A stretch of 63,581 bases of DNA, filler included, from Choristocarpus tenellus KU-1152 (taxonomy: Eukaryota > Protista > Phaeophyceae), in NCBI GenBank assembly GCA_964200185.2. It is 13 parts of 13 records of this genome, joined end to end, with 100 filler letters (N's around TTAATTAATTAA, not from the genome) between each part and the next. Parts side by side here need not be neighbours in the genome. Positions count along the whole stretch, not along the records: positions 22,312 to 30,331 come from CAXNAD020005263.1; positions 30,432 to 34,521 come from CAXNAD020016276.1; positions 34,622 to 37,473 come from CAXNAD020024192.1; positions 37,574 to 48,994 come from CAXNAD020002329.1; 9 more parts are not named here. One strand, written 5' to 3'. Shown here in pieces: positions 26,701 to 38,330 of this stretch; position 1 is the first letter of the stretch; the number at the start of each line of letters is the position of its first letter. A program made the position numbers and the translations under genes. The notes below the pieces were generated by a model. That model did no database searches. It saw nothing but the letters and a program-made list of their open reading frames with translations, and had not been told where the DNA came from.

Positions 26701-29700
26701 CTTTTCTCGCAAGTATAGCCAAGTGCTAAATGACCAAACCACAGACATTCATTTGAATTTATGATCCGAATGGTCAACACCAAAGTACTTGAGGTTGTAC
26801 TGCATGCCTGTTCTTTGCAAGGAACACTATTTAAACTCTGAACCCAATACTGCAAACTCCCATCACATTTTATGCACTTTCATATAACGGGAACGGGATG
26901 CAACCATCACATACTGTTATTTAAAGATGCCCTCATAGAAACAGAGCAGAAACGGAGACTCCTATTTGTTGATTGGTTGCAGATGTGGGGGATGAGTGAC
27001 TTCTCAAGGTTCTGATGTTTGCGAAACTTGCAGATGGAAGATGGGACCAGGGTGAGTAGGAGAAGAATTGGTACATGTGTTAACTACTTGTACATAGTCT
27101 TTGATACCTCATGATCCTGGTTGTGGGGCAGCATACAGGAGCAGAAAACCGACAATAGTTGTACGGATGCATGGTTGATAGAATCATGCAGTTCGTGGAC
27201 ACTTGCCATGCTAAACAAGCTGTAGCAACAGTAATCCACAAAGCTAAAGCAGTCAGAGCAGATGAGGTCGCACCCATCACATCTCCCATTTTGGTAATTT
27301 TTCTTAATTCATTGTGATATGTGAGGTGCATTGTCCAGATTGGCGGGTTCGTTCCTGAGCTTCTTGAGGCCCTGATGATGCTGATGATGTCACGGACGTT
27401 TTGTTCTCTGTTGAGTGGTATTGTTGTACGGTAGTGATTTGTGACTGGGTCTTGACATTCCTTTCTACTTCGAATTCTTTATATTGTTCCATTTTTTTCA
27501 ATTTTCAATCTCGTTCTTTTTGTTTGGTTGTTCTTCTGGAAGCTATCTTTGGCCACATGTTTGAGACTCCTTTTTATTAACGTGGAGAGCATGCATGCAC
27601 AAGGAATTTTTTTTCCGTTCATTAGAATACCATTTGAGTGAGGTAGTCTGAAATGTGATGTATACAATGTGAAATTTCACCATGAAGTAAATGTCGTCTT
27701 TGTCTTGGCAGCAAGCTGATGGCTCCTTGGTGACAAGTAGGATAGCCCTTTTCCTGCTGAGGTGTATACACGTTTGTTTCATGGTCCACTTGTGGGAAGA
27801 AATTTTGCAGAGAGTATTAGAAGCAGGGCACTGTTTGAATCAAATATGGTTTTATGTACATTCTTCCCACAGACCAAATTGGACGTATTGATGAATGCCG
27901 TTCTTTTCAGCTCTATTGTACGACAGAACTGACCTTTTGAGAGTGTTGGCAATCAAGATATCTCTTGAACATGGTGCAGGGTCATGTTTAGGGTGTAGTT
28001 TTGTTTATGGGGCTGAGACAAATATTGTAGATGGTGTTTCATCCATTAAGGAAGAAATCATGCTGCATAGCACAAAGGCATTGCATTGTTTCTGGTTTTT
28101 GGTGATGAAAATCTCAACCCTGGATTGGGTTGAGTGGGTCTCGTGATTGATTGTTGCAAATTGCTTGTGATCAATGATGGCACACAGCCTACATCCAGTT
28201 GATGCTTAATCATACAGTGTAATGGCCGTTTACGTTGACTCCACAGCTACAATTTATGAAACCGGTGACACTGCTGGTTTACTGAAGTCCAAGCCATGTG
28301 GAGCTATGGCAGGTCAAAGGAGGAACCCGGTAGCAGCAATGTTACTAATTTTGTCACAGTGGAACGTGAAAGAGAAGGTTAACATGCACCTCCACACTTG
28401 TGCAAGGGTTTGTTTTTTTAAGAGATGATGGAAGGTTGGGAGAGGCCTTAATGACAACAAAAGCGAAGGAAAAAATAAAATAATAATAATAAGCGAGCAA
28501 TGATTGAGTTGTGACTACAAACTTCAGGTGGAGAAAAGTGGGATTGGAGGTACAAACTGGCAGCATTGTATGTGATGTGCTTTGGAAGGGCTTGAGAGAT
28601 GGTCAGCATGTTTTAAGCTTCCTTACTGAGTAGTGGGCCCTTCTCCAGCTGCGAATTTGACATTGTTGTCATCTTAATTGGCACGTAGCTGACTCCAAAT
28701 GCTGCTATGCTTCACTCAACAAGTTTAATGGATCGACCATCTCATGATAGAAGGTTGGAAGGGTGCCTTGCTGAGGGCTCACGTCATGAAACTCTAGGAG
28801 TCGTGGTCGTCAATTTTGTCTACATAGAGTTTGAGGAAGTCGAGGTGTTGTAGGCCCACATAGCGCGATGTGATACTTGATAGGATGTTTGACATGGCAG
28901 AATTGTTGAGTGAAATGCGGGTGGCACTTGTAGACTAGTACACACAACTTGGTACGACAACAAGACCAAAATTGGGGCAAGATGGTCTTTCTTCTCCGTG
29001 AAGCGGGATCCTCAGGTGCTAAAGATGTGGGCACGTTTTGGGTAGACAATAAGGTGGGTGTTGATGGGTTTTTTTTGTCAAGAGCCATGTCTGGTATCCG
29101 CAAAGGCAACTGGTTGCATTCTATTCATTGTGAGCATGATACACAACCCTTGTGACGCCATAGACACATGCACATGCGATTTGTTCACTATCCTGACCGT
29201 TCAGCTTCTTGGAAGGAGTGGAAGACTGTGGTTGGTAGGAGAGGGTTGTAACAGTGAACACTCAATAGTGGTGTACTTTGAAGTGAGAAGTTTGAACCAC
29301 TGATAGACATGTCCAACTCATACTCAATACACCTCTACAAACAGGGTATGGGAGATTGCTCACAGGGTGAGGGGTTTCACTGGACAGGAAGGACAGGACA
29401 CTGGTGGTGGGATGAGGCTACTTCTATTATGAGATTGGAGGGGCTGTTTCAAAACCCAGTGGATTAGAGGGGGGAAAGTTTCATTTGATATTGATGGCTT
29501 GCATGGGCCTAGCCGATCAGTTAAGAAATTGAAGAATGAGAATCATTGAGATACGAGATAGGTGTGGCTCAATGGTTTCTCATTTTGCACGGGAAGAAAG
29601 CTCACACTGTCTTGACAGATGGACTAATGATGGAGTGGATGGCAAATTGGGTATTTGTTTGCAGATGCTTGAATGGTTACTGACGAGGGAACTACAGAAC

Positions 29701-30290
29701 CAATTCTCAAGTCCACCTATTGCATATGATGTGTAAGATCATTTAGGAAGGTGGAGATAGAATGTAACGATACAGTTTGAAGAAAAACTGCCGCTTTGGA
29801 AAGGGTATACTGCTGAAAGACTATTCAAGAATTAGGACTGAACTAATACAAGGAAAATCCGGTTCTCTAAGAGTAGGAGAGTATGTCAGAATATTTTGTC
29901 ATGATAGCTGTTATTGCACTGTTTGTCAAGGCTTGGGAGTGTGTTCAACTGTGGGCAGTGAATGGCACTATTGATTTTACACTATGGTACAGCGAGTGGC
30001 GCATTTGGTACTTCGTATTTGGAAACTAACGGGCGTGGTGCACTTGAAGGAGAAGGAAATGGAGCAGTGGTCGGTACTGTGGTGTAACATGAAGTATACG
30101 AATGATCTGGGAAGTTTCCTGAATGATAATATTTGCTGTAGTGCATTGGTGACAAAGTAGCTATCGATACTCATTAGTGTGGTGAATCGAAAGAATATGC
30201 GAGTATGAATTAAATCAGCTTGGAATTTTTTTCTCGTGTACTCAATTATTATCGAACCATGTAAGGCAAACGACCCCCTGGCTGGCTACG

Positions 30291-30331
30291 GACCCAAAGT
30301 ATCTGGGAGGGGGGGGGGGTCTACACCAGGG
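30291..30331. mobile_element. M2 long arm at a contig end
   Basis: GACCCAAAGTATCTGGGAGGG...GTCTACACCAGGG, same spacer sequence as the 3397 and 10363 arms. Confidence 0.8.
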
Positions 30332-30431
30332 NNNNNNNNNNNNNNNNNNNNNNNNNNNNNNNNNNNNNNNNNNNNTTAATTAATTAANNNNNNNNNNNNN
30401 NNNNNNNNNNNNNNNNNNNNNNNNNNNNNNN

Positions 30432-30500
30432 CAAAAATCGTGACATAAAAAAATTGACCCCAAATGGACAGCAGCCACCCCCTCCCAGATACTTTGAGCC
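30432..30500. mobile_element. M2 short arm abutting the transposase 3' ORF
   Basis: AAAAAATTGACCCCAAATGGAC-17-AGATACTTTGAGCC, with both motifs matching 3523-3574. Confidence 0.85.
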
Positions 30501-33500
30501 TATCATAATCGTCCTCATCGTCCCTGTCTTCTTCCTTCTGCTGCTCTTCGTCCTCCTCCTTGTCGTCGCCGGTGTTGTCTTCCCTTTCGTCCCCATTCTC
30601 CCCCCTCCTCTCCTCTCCTCGTCCCTTCAATGTAGTGTTCCGTCCCTCTCTCACAAAACCCCCCCTTTCCCTCGCCTCGATAGCAGACTGTAGAACTGTC
30701 AGGATCTTCTTAGGAATCTTCTTGCCGTTCCCAACAAGTTTCTCCCAAGTACAAACAATACCCACCACGGGTTCCCAGCTAAAGTCTTTAACTTGCTTCT
30801 GTTTCCCACCTCGCCCGGATCTATCACCAGCGTGCACCCAGCCTTCCACAAAACTACTTTTGCCATATTTCTCAAGGGTTAGGGTCGCGGCGTTGTCACG
30901 TGTGTGATCACTGGTTGGGCGAAGCCAGTGAATATCCACCCCACGCTCCCCGTCCTTGCCGACGCGCTCCGCTAAGATCTTGCTGACCAAGAGCGGCACC
31001 TCCGTTGCCACAAAAAAGGCAAACCTGCCTTCCTGCACTGAGACTAGGTTTCCATGGTTCCCCGATGTCAACGTAGTACAAAGCCAACCTCGTCGACGGG
31101 AGCGAGGTTCTTCCTTGTCACTGTCCGATGAGGAAGAGTGTGTCTCCTCGAGCTCGCCGAGATCATTGTCACTATCAACGAGATTATCCCCCCCACCCGA
31201 ACGTTCGCCCTGGTCGTTGTCTTCGACGTCGCCGGTGCTAGTTCCAGTGCTATCGTCACTGGTGGGAAGCCAATGGACTGGGAGGTCGAAATCTTGTTCC
31301 CCTGTCTTTTTGAGAAGTCGCAAAGACTCGCTTTGCTCGTGTTTCGCTCTCTGAAAGGCTTCATTGTCTGCGAAGGTGGAATCCATGAGCACGAGGACAT
31401 CAACGGTATGGATGCATGGATGTTACTTTGTTACCAGGCACGAGGTTTCACGAATTCGCTCGGGGAGCATGCGGGCATGCGGTGAGAGGGAGGGTGTATA
31501 TTTCGTCGGAATCGAAAACATTTATGGGGAGAGTATTCTATGGTAATTATTATTGTAACATGCGACGATCACTACACATGAGAATGCAAAATTATTCAAG
31601 ATTTTTTTTGTAAAGGCTGCAAATGCTGCCTCGTACAAAACTTGCACCTGATTCTTTTGGCTGCCAATGAATACCAAAATTAGCTATCAACTCCCCTCAC
31701 GAAAAAATTGACTTATCCAGTGGGTACACAGCAGGGAGGCACCTGTGTGACGCCTGGTACCGCTGCTCCACCTTCAGAATGACGTGTTTGGGAACGCTCT
31801 TGAGCTGGTAGGGTGGTGCATCTTGGATACGAGGCGGGTGGCCGATGAAGAGGTCGTGCGGAGGGGTATTGGGGTCCATAGCAAGGTCTCCGCCTATCCC
31901 ACTCCATTCTGTGTTGTGCATGTATCGCTTAACGCTAACCTTCAGCCGCCCATCACCGCCTTTTTCAACGCGAAAAGCCCTGTAGTTCGTGATGTTCGGG
32001 ACACGGTTGACGCGACCGTGAAGGAGTCCCTTGAAATTACCCTCGTTCCACAGGGTCTTGTAGTATACAGGAACCTCCGTCTAGGAGGCCTGCAGCTCTT
32101 CACCCAGCTGTGTTCTGGTGAATATGTTATTCCCTTTTTATTCCACGTGAGAACCTGAAGGTGAAACGCAAGCAAGTTAATTTCGAGGCGGGGGCGAAAG
32201 AAGCGAAGTGGATAAGCAGGATATATATGCAGGCACATGCTCTGATGCATGTATATGGAAAAGTCAATATAAAATTTCGTGATGCGTACATTTTTTGTTC
32301 ATTGTTTTGTTTCGAGAGTATGTTACGAAACAGTTTAGGCAGCTGCCCTTGTAGGTACATTTCGTTGTGGGGAAATAAAAAGCCAATCGATCAATTACAG
32401 CGTGCAACCATAAACCTTGCAGGAATGCAACAAGCGTGGGCTGCAAGACTCGAGGCTGTATCTGTCCATATAAGAACACTATGTGGCTATCGAACTTGCA
32501 TATATAGCTTGCCTAATTACCTGGAGAAGATCTGATCGATTTTGATGTGCGTATGCCCCACCATCATAAAATGTATCTCAACAACACGAATGAAACTCGC
32601 CTCAACCAACAGCCCCGCGTATCCGAGAAAGAAATTGTTCTTGTTCTCTGAGACGCAGTTGTCGACCTGGCTAGTTTGGGGAGTTGGGAGCGAGGGAGGG
32701 ATGGGCGTGAGGCCACTATGTCAGCTCATTTCGCCACGTTTCGTGGAGGAACAGGGTAGGTTTCCAGTATTGCTAGAGTGCAATCTCTACATCACCACCA
32801 TCATACATGCAGGTTGCAACACACAAACCAAAACTAAAGACCGTGCAGTTAGTTACTTGGTGACTGGAATTCAGCAAGGCTGTGTTGAGTAGGTCATGTC
32901 AGGGTGAAACCTTCTTACCTGCCAATGCGCGTGCTGAATGATGCAATTCCCCGAGTCATTGAGGCTGTTGCGGTACTTGTCGATAAGGCTTGTGAGGGCA
33001 AGGTGTGTGGCTGTGCAGACAAGGTTAAAACCTGCGCGAACAATGATGTTAAACAACTGTTGGTAAAACGTACTCTGCTCATTTACGCATTGTTTGTTTG
33101 GAGCTAAAAAGAGGGGTAATGTAATTTGTTTATGCAATGTAGAGGACATATACCCATACGGCTGATGTACATGTCTGCGATCCCCACTACCCGTTGATTA
33201 GCTCTTTCGCTACTCTACAGTACGTACCTCCTCCAAGATTGATAGGAGTGAAGAGCACCTCCGCGAACTGGCCTTCGACGTATGCGGCCATGATCTTCTG
33301 GCGTTCGGACTAGCTCCTGATAAGGGGGACATGAACGAAAGTAAGGGGTAAAGAAAGGTCATCATGATGAACTGAATAGGTAGTGGAATTATGTGCGTTT
33401 GTTTTGGCGATTTTTTCTTGGGACTTTGCACTCATCCGTAGGATAAAACATGGTCGTCTATTCTGTTCCGCGTGCGGCTGAAAAGATCTTGTCGGATGGA

Positions 33501-34521
33501 CTGTGCGCGCGTGTGGTTACCTATCACCGCCGTGGGTAGGTGGGTAAAGTGCTAGGAGGGCGTGTACTGTCTGGTTCGCGGCGTCTACGGACATGAACAC
33601 GAAGCCGAGAGGTTTGCCGTCGGCTTTGGCCCGCATGGCGTTGATGGTGTTGTTGGCGATGACCAGCCGATCCGCTTTGATAATCTGGCGAATGGGGGAC
33701 AGTAATATCACGTTAATTAATCAAATACATCTGCTCAGAGTTAAAAAAAAAAAAGTGCCGCTTGTTAACACGTACCAGGTTGTTTAGTAGCAAAAATGTA
33801 GTCTGGGTATCAATAGATGTTAGTATTGGGATATGTATTTTATTGCTGCGTTCAAAACAAACACCAAGTTATCGGGATGGAAGTACGCACGTACCAGGCC
33901 GGAAGATCGCTACATGACCTGTCCCTCCCACAGCCCGTTGTACACTATCAGGAAGCAGTCTGTCTTACAAGGTGTTAGGGCAGCTAATAACAGCACGTTT
34001 TGTGGTGAGTGAGACTACTGTTGCTGCCATAAACACCTACGTGGGAGTCTTCATTGGCAAAAGGATACGGATTTACTTAGGGTTAGGAGGGCAATGACGG
34101 CGACCTTTCGCCACTGTACGCTTGTTGCAAAATTAACGCTGGACACCCACCTCTCGATGGTCTGACAGCTCCTTATCGATGGACTCGGACGGTGGAGTCG
34201 TTCGTGGGTTTTACACCAGGCGCACCGTGCCGCTTCTCTTTTAAGGTGACACATATGTCACATTTCATAAACTCTCCTCCTACCCTCACCCGGATGTTGG
34301 GGCTGTCCTCTCTGAGCAATCGTAGGAAGTACTCCTTGCTTACACGATTGGAAGGGTCGTCAGGATACACCCGTATTGCCTCTTTGGAAAAATCCTTGTA
34401 TAGCTCCTAATTAAAAATGTTGGTTGTGTGGGCAAGTGAGGAGTTATTGAGAAGGAACACTCAAAGATCACCCCTGCAACATCTCTCGAAGGTGGACTGA
34501 CAAATATTTGTATAGTAAGAT
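30501..34521 (-). pseudogene. Intron-containing DUF7869/Sola-like DDD transposase, copy 2 (decayed; includes the C-terminal region)
   Basis: Same exon series as copy 1: EFMKCDIC, MSVDAANQ, HWQ-VDNCVSENKNN...VGHTHIKIDQIFS (32666-32521). It continues with ITNYRAFRVEKGGDGRLKVSVKRY and the acidic 31392-30501 ORF. Lesions are a 2-bp deletion near 34188, TAC>TAG near 33312 and a frameshift/stop at 32130-32080. Confidence 0.82.
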
Positions 34522-35904
34522 NNNNNNNNNNNNNNNNNNNNNNNNNNNNNNNNNNNNNNNNNNNNTTAATTAATTAANNNNNNNNNNNNNNNNNNNNNNN
34601 NNNNNNNNNNNNNNNNNNNNNTCATTTTCCTTTGGGTTTGGTCCTAGTAGGGGGATGGGAAGTAAGGTGTGCCCAGGTGAAGGAAATTGCCCTGACATAA
34701 GGAGAATATGAGAGAAACAATAAACATCCAGCTGCTGAGGAAATGTATATAATCACTAAATTAATGTAGTGTATATAATATAACAATCACCCCCACACCA
34801 ATCATGTCAAACATGTTCAGCACCAGATAGAAAACACTTACAAGACGAATGAACAAAAACACCATACACAGGAAAATATATATCTGGTGGATCATCTCCT
34901 GCTACCCCTCTTCTGACTCATCAACATACGGGACTCGTCCAGAAACAGCCCTGTGTAGGAGTATCCTGCTCCTTGCTGTAGCATTCTGCAACAAGCTGGA
35001 CATTCCGGATCTTGCCATTCTCCCATTAACCTCATAAGGTTAGATTTACTCTCTCCTCTCACACCCTCACTGTGTGTCGGCTTTGGTATCTAGACACAGG
35101 TAGGCCCAGGATTGAAAGCCAGAGAAGCCCCTAACAGCAATATTTTATAGGGCCACCCTCTACTACGTACACCATATCAAGAGGTGTAATCACCAATTCG
35201 TCTGGCTGACATTTTGATCAAGTGATTAATCTATTTCCTTGATTTTCGAATAGGTCTCAATGGGAGGAGAATAGTTGAGGATACTCTTTTGGAAAGATGA
35301 AGTACTTACAAAGATCCATTTCCAAATATGAGTCGAATTAGAAATTTATTAACTAATTTCCTTGGTTACTTGGCTAACTCCAACAGATGGATAGTGAGGG
35401 ACAAAACCCTTTAGTTGGTTCAACACAATCTTCGTCGAAATTTCCTGAAAGAAACTTGAGAGCTCAAAGTTGAAGCAGAGAACCTCGAGCAACCTCTCGA
35501 AGGGCACAAGGAGGGGGGGTGCGTTTGGGGATGTGGTGCGAGAATGGGTGTTGCGAACAAGATGGAGGGAGCAGAGAGTATCCCAAAGGAGGTTACAGAG
35601 ACCGTAGTCCAACTAAGAGAAAAGATTATGCTTTTGGAGACTCGTCTATTGGATGCAAAAAAAACGTCAGAGAAGAGACTGAAGGGGAACACGATAGTGG
35701 TCATACTCCATTCGAACTGTGCGGCTATCTGTTAGGTGTCCGTCCCCTTCATTGTTTTCTCCGTGACCTTTAACCCCCTTTCGTAGCAACACCTTCAACT
35801 GGGTTGTCTGACAATGCTGCTTTCCTATTTTATTGCCTCTTTGTGATGCTACCCCAGCTTGTGAGGCATGCAAAGTTGAAGGTTCCAGAAGGGATTTTGT
35901 GAAA

Positions 35905-36162
35905 GAGTGAAAGAATCTTAGAGGGTACGAGTTTTTCCCTGTTTGTCCATTTGGGGCTTGGTTTCTTTCGGGGTTTTTATGACATTTTTCTACTCCAAAA
36001 TATCTCGGATTAGGTAAAATGTGTACGTTATGAAAAGGTGTCTTCGGAACAAGGATATTGACACTTCCTAACAAACACGATAGCCAAATTTACATCGAAA
36101 TCGCAACATTGGATTTTGGTCCCTAAATGGACGCGTCTCTACCCTCTAAGATACTTTGGCTC
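35905..36162. mobile_element. MITE family M1, complete copy
   Basis: One end is GAGTGAAAGAATCT-26-GTCCATTTGGGG and the inverted end is GAGCCAAAGTATCT-16-GTCCATTTAGGG. The body is colinear with 4451-4704. Confidence 0.9.
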
Positions 36163-36247
36163 TGACAAAACAGCAAAGTTCGTAGTATGGAAGGCAACTC
36201 TGTCGCCAATGATGACGAAGAAGATCCACAACCAATCCTACCAAGCA

Positions 36248-37372
36248 TCAACTATTTTTTTCAGTACAAGCCATTTCAGCTGTAATTACGAACACAGGAG
36301 GTACACTCACGGCTCTGATCCGTTGCAGAGGTTTCATTTCGACTATCGTGGAGATGTTTGCCCTCAGTTGGCGGACGGGCCCCGCCTGTTGGTCGCCAGA
36401 TGAAACCTTCTGCAGAAGTTGGGCCACCTCCGTCTTCCTCTCCTCATAGTGGCGCTTGACCCAGAGCTCGTGCGTACCGCACTTCTCATATGCAAGCTTG
36501 TCCATTTCCCTGGTAGCCCGTGCATCATTCACGTAATGTCCGGAATTCAGGGCGATTTTGCAATAATCAATAAGTGCGGTGCAGAAAAAGACGCTGACGG
36601 TATATTTTACAATGCAGGGGCGCATAGCGACGTATGGGTGCGCAGGAGATACGGAAAGGGGGAAAAAAAATAACTGCTGCAACTGCACAATTTACCAACC
36701 TTTGGAGCTCAGATGTCCACTTCTCCTTGGGCACAATCTGCCTGGTGCGCGAGATAAGCATCTCAGACATGTGCGCGTCCGATTCGATCTCCTTGTGGTC
36801 CCTCTGCGTAGGAGGCTTCCCGTAGAACGACTTGTATCTGCTAAAATAGAATTGCCACGAAGGACGTCAAGGAGAACGATGTACAGGTTATGAAGAGGAA
36901 AGGGTCGCCGCTGCAGCAAACATTCATTACTCGATTATCGTAGTTCCTAAAAGACAAGAGCACATATACACAGGCAACACACACTGTAGAATTACCAGAA
37001 AACTACGAAGGGATTTTCGTTCGACACAACAATGGCCGACTAAATTCGTCATCATAGAAGACACTTATTTCACGCTCCTGTGCAATGTGCTGCGACCTGC
37101 ATAAACTGTGCTTACTGCTGCCTACACGATAAAACACGGTGGTGTTTTGACTTGCCTAGCAAGCAGGTGGATGCATAGCCCCTGCTTGAGAGAAGTGAAG
37201 CCGGCAAACTCCTCGGTCGTCAGATAGTTTAGAGAGATTGCATTGTGGTCAATCTGTGGCGACGAGGACTCACACACTTCCTTCAGTACCTCGAAGGACT
37301 CTGGTTGAAGGGAGTTTACACCTTGCTACCATTTTCGTAGAGTTGATTTCGACTGGGCAGTAACGCCCACCT
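36248..37372 (-). pseudogene. Spliced coding remnant of unknown family
   Basis: Exon-like segments (YKSFYGKPPTQRDHKEIESDAHMSEMLISRTRQIVPKEKW; ALNSGHYVNDARATREMDKLAYEKCGTHELWVKRHYEERK), with an in-frame TAG near 37328. Confidence 0.3.
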
Positions 37373-37699
37373 TCACGATGGGCAGAGAACGGAAAGGATT
37401 ATGCACCCAGTCAGCGAGGATGAGGCATCGTTATTACCACGCTAACGCGGTATACATGTGTGTGTGTAGGGGGNNNNNNNNNNNNNNNNNNNNNNNNNNN
37501 NNNNNNNNNNNNNNNNNTTAATTAATTAANNNNNNNNNNNNNNNNNNNNNNNNNNNNNNNNNNNNNNNNNNNNATTGATTGTTCCATTACTCCATACATA
37601 TTTTACCGTAACTGTCCGATAGAGTTGGAAGAGTCTAATCGAACACAAGCTCCTTTAACGACAGCTCGACGAGATGGAACTCTTCATATTTACACAGCA

Positions 37700-38330
37700 C
37701 TTATTGGGGAATGAGGTTCCTGGTCGAATACTTGGGGGTCCTTAAGGAGGAAGTTGAAGTGGTCACTGTCATCATTTACGTGGACAAATCGTTTGCCATC
37801 AGCTGCATGGCTCAGCATGCTCCTATTTCAAGACACAACACAATCCAGGCAAGGTTGACGATGGGATGGGATAGACTACTGGAAAGGCACGGTGGCTGAT
37901 CATGGTGACAAAGGATGACCCATTGGTTTCAATAGATAGAGATGAGGTACCCGTCAACAAGGGTCGCTGGAATTCGAAGTCCCACACCAAGATTACCGAG
38001 ACTGAGAGAGCAGCATTATGGTAGAATCTAGAACAAGTAGGGGGTGATTATCATGCGTCAATATATGATGAAATGTTTATACAGTGGATGGTGAAACATC
38101 TTACTCTCGCATTCATGTCGAGGTACCCTGGGGAGAAGAGATCAGTGTCTCTTGACAATACATTGTATCACCATGGCTTTGATAACGAGGTGAAGTGTCA
38201 TGAGGCAAACTCCAATCAGTACAACACATACCTGTTGCGCAAGGTCAAAACAGTGAAAGTTGGGAGGGAGGGAATAGATGAGGAGATTTTGGAGGATTAT
38301 GAGTTGGATCTCATGGTGGAAGAGTATTAC
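37700..38330 (+). pseudogene. IS630/Tc1-mariner superfamily (DDE_3-like) transposase remnant
   Basis: IIYVDKSF (degenerate YxDES) and GDYHASIYDEMFIQWMVKHLTLAFMSRYPGEKRSVSLDNTLYHH (GDYH...F..W...DNA.YH), with stops and frameshifts. Confidence 0.75.

Noticed and set aside
37355-37385. IVKVGV as a WRN-type 3'-5' exonuclease motif
   Set aside because: It probably straddles a splice acceptor, and the other DEDDy motifs are not found.
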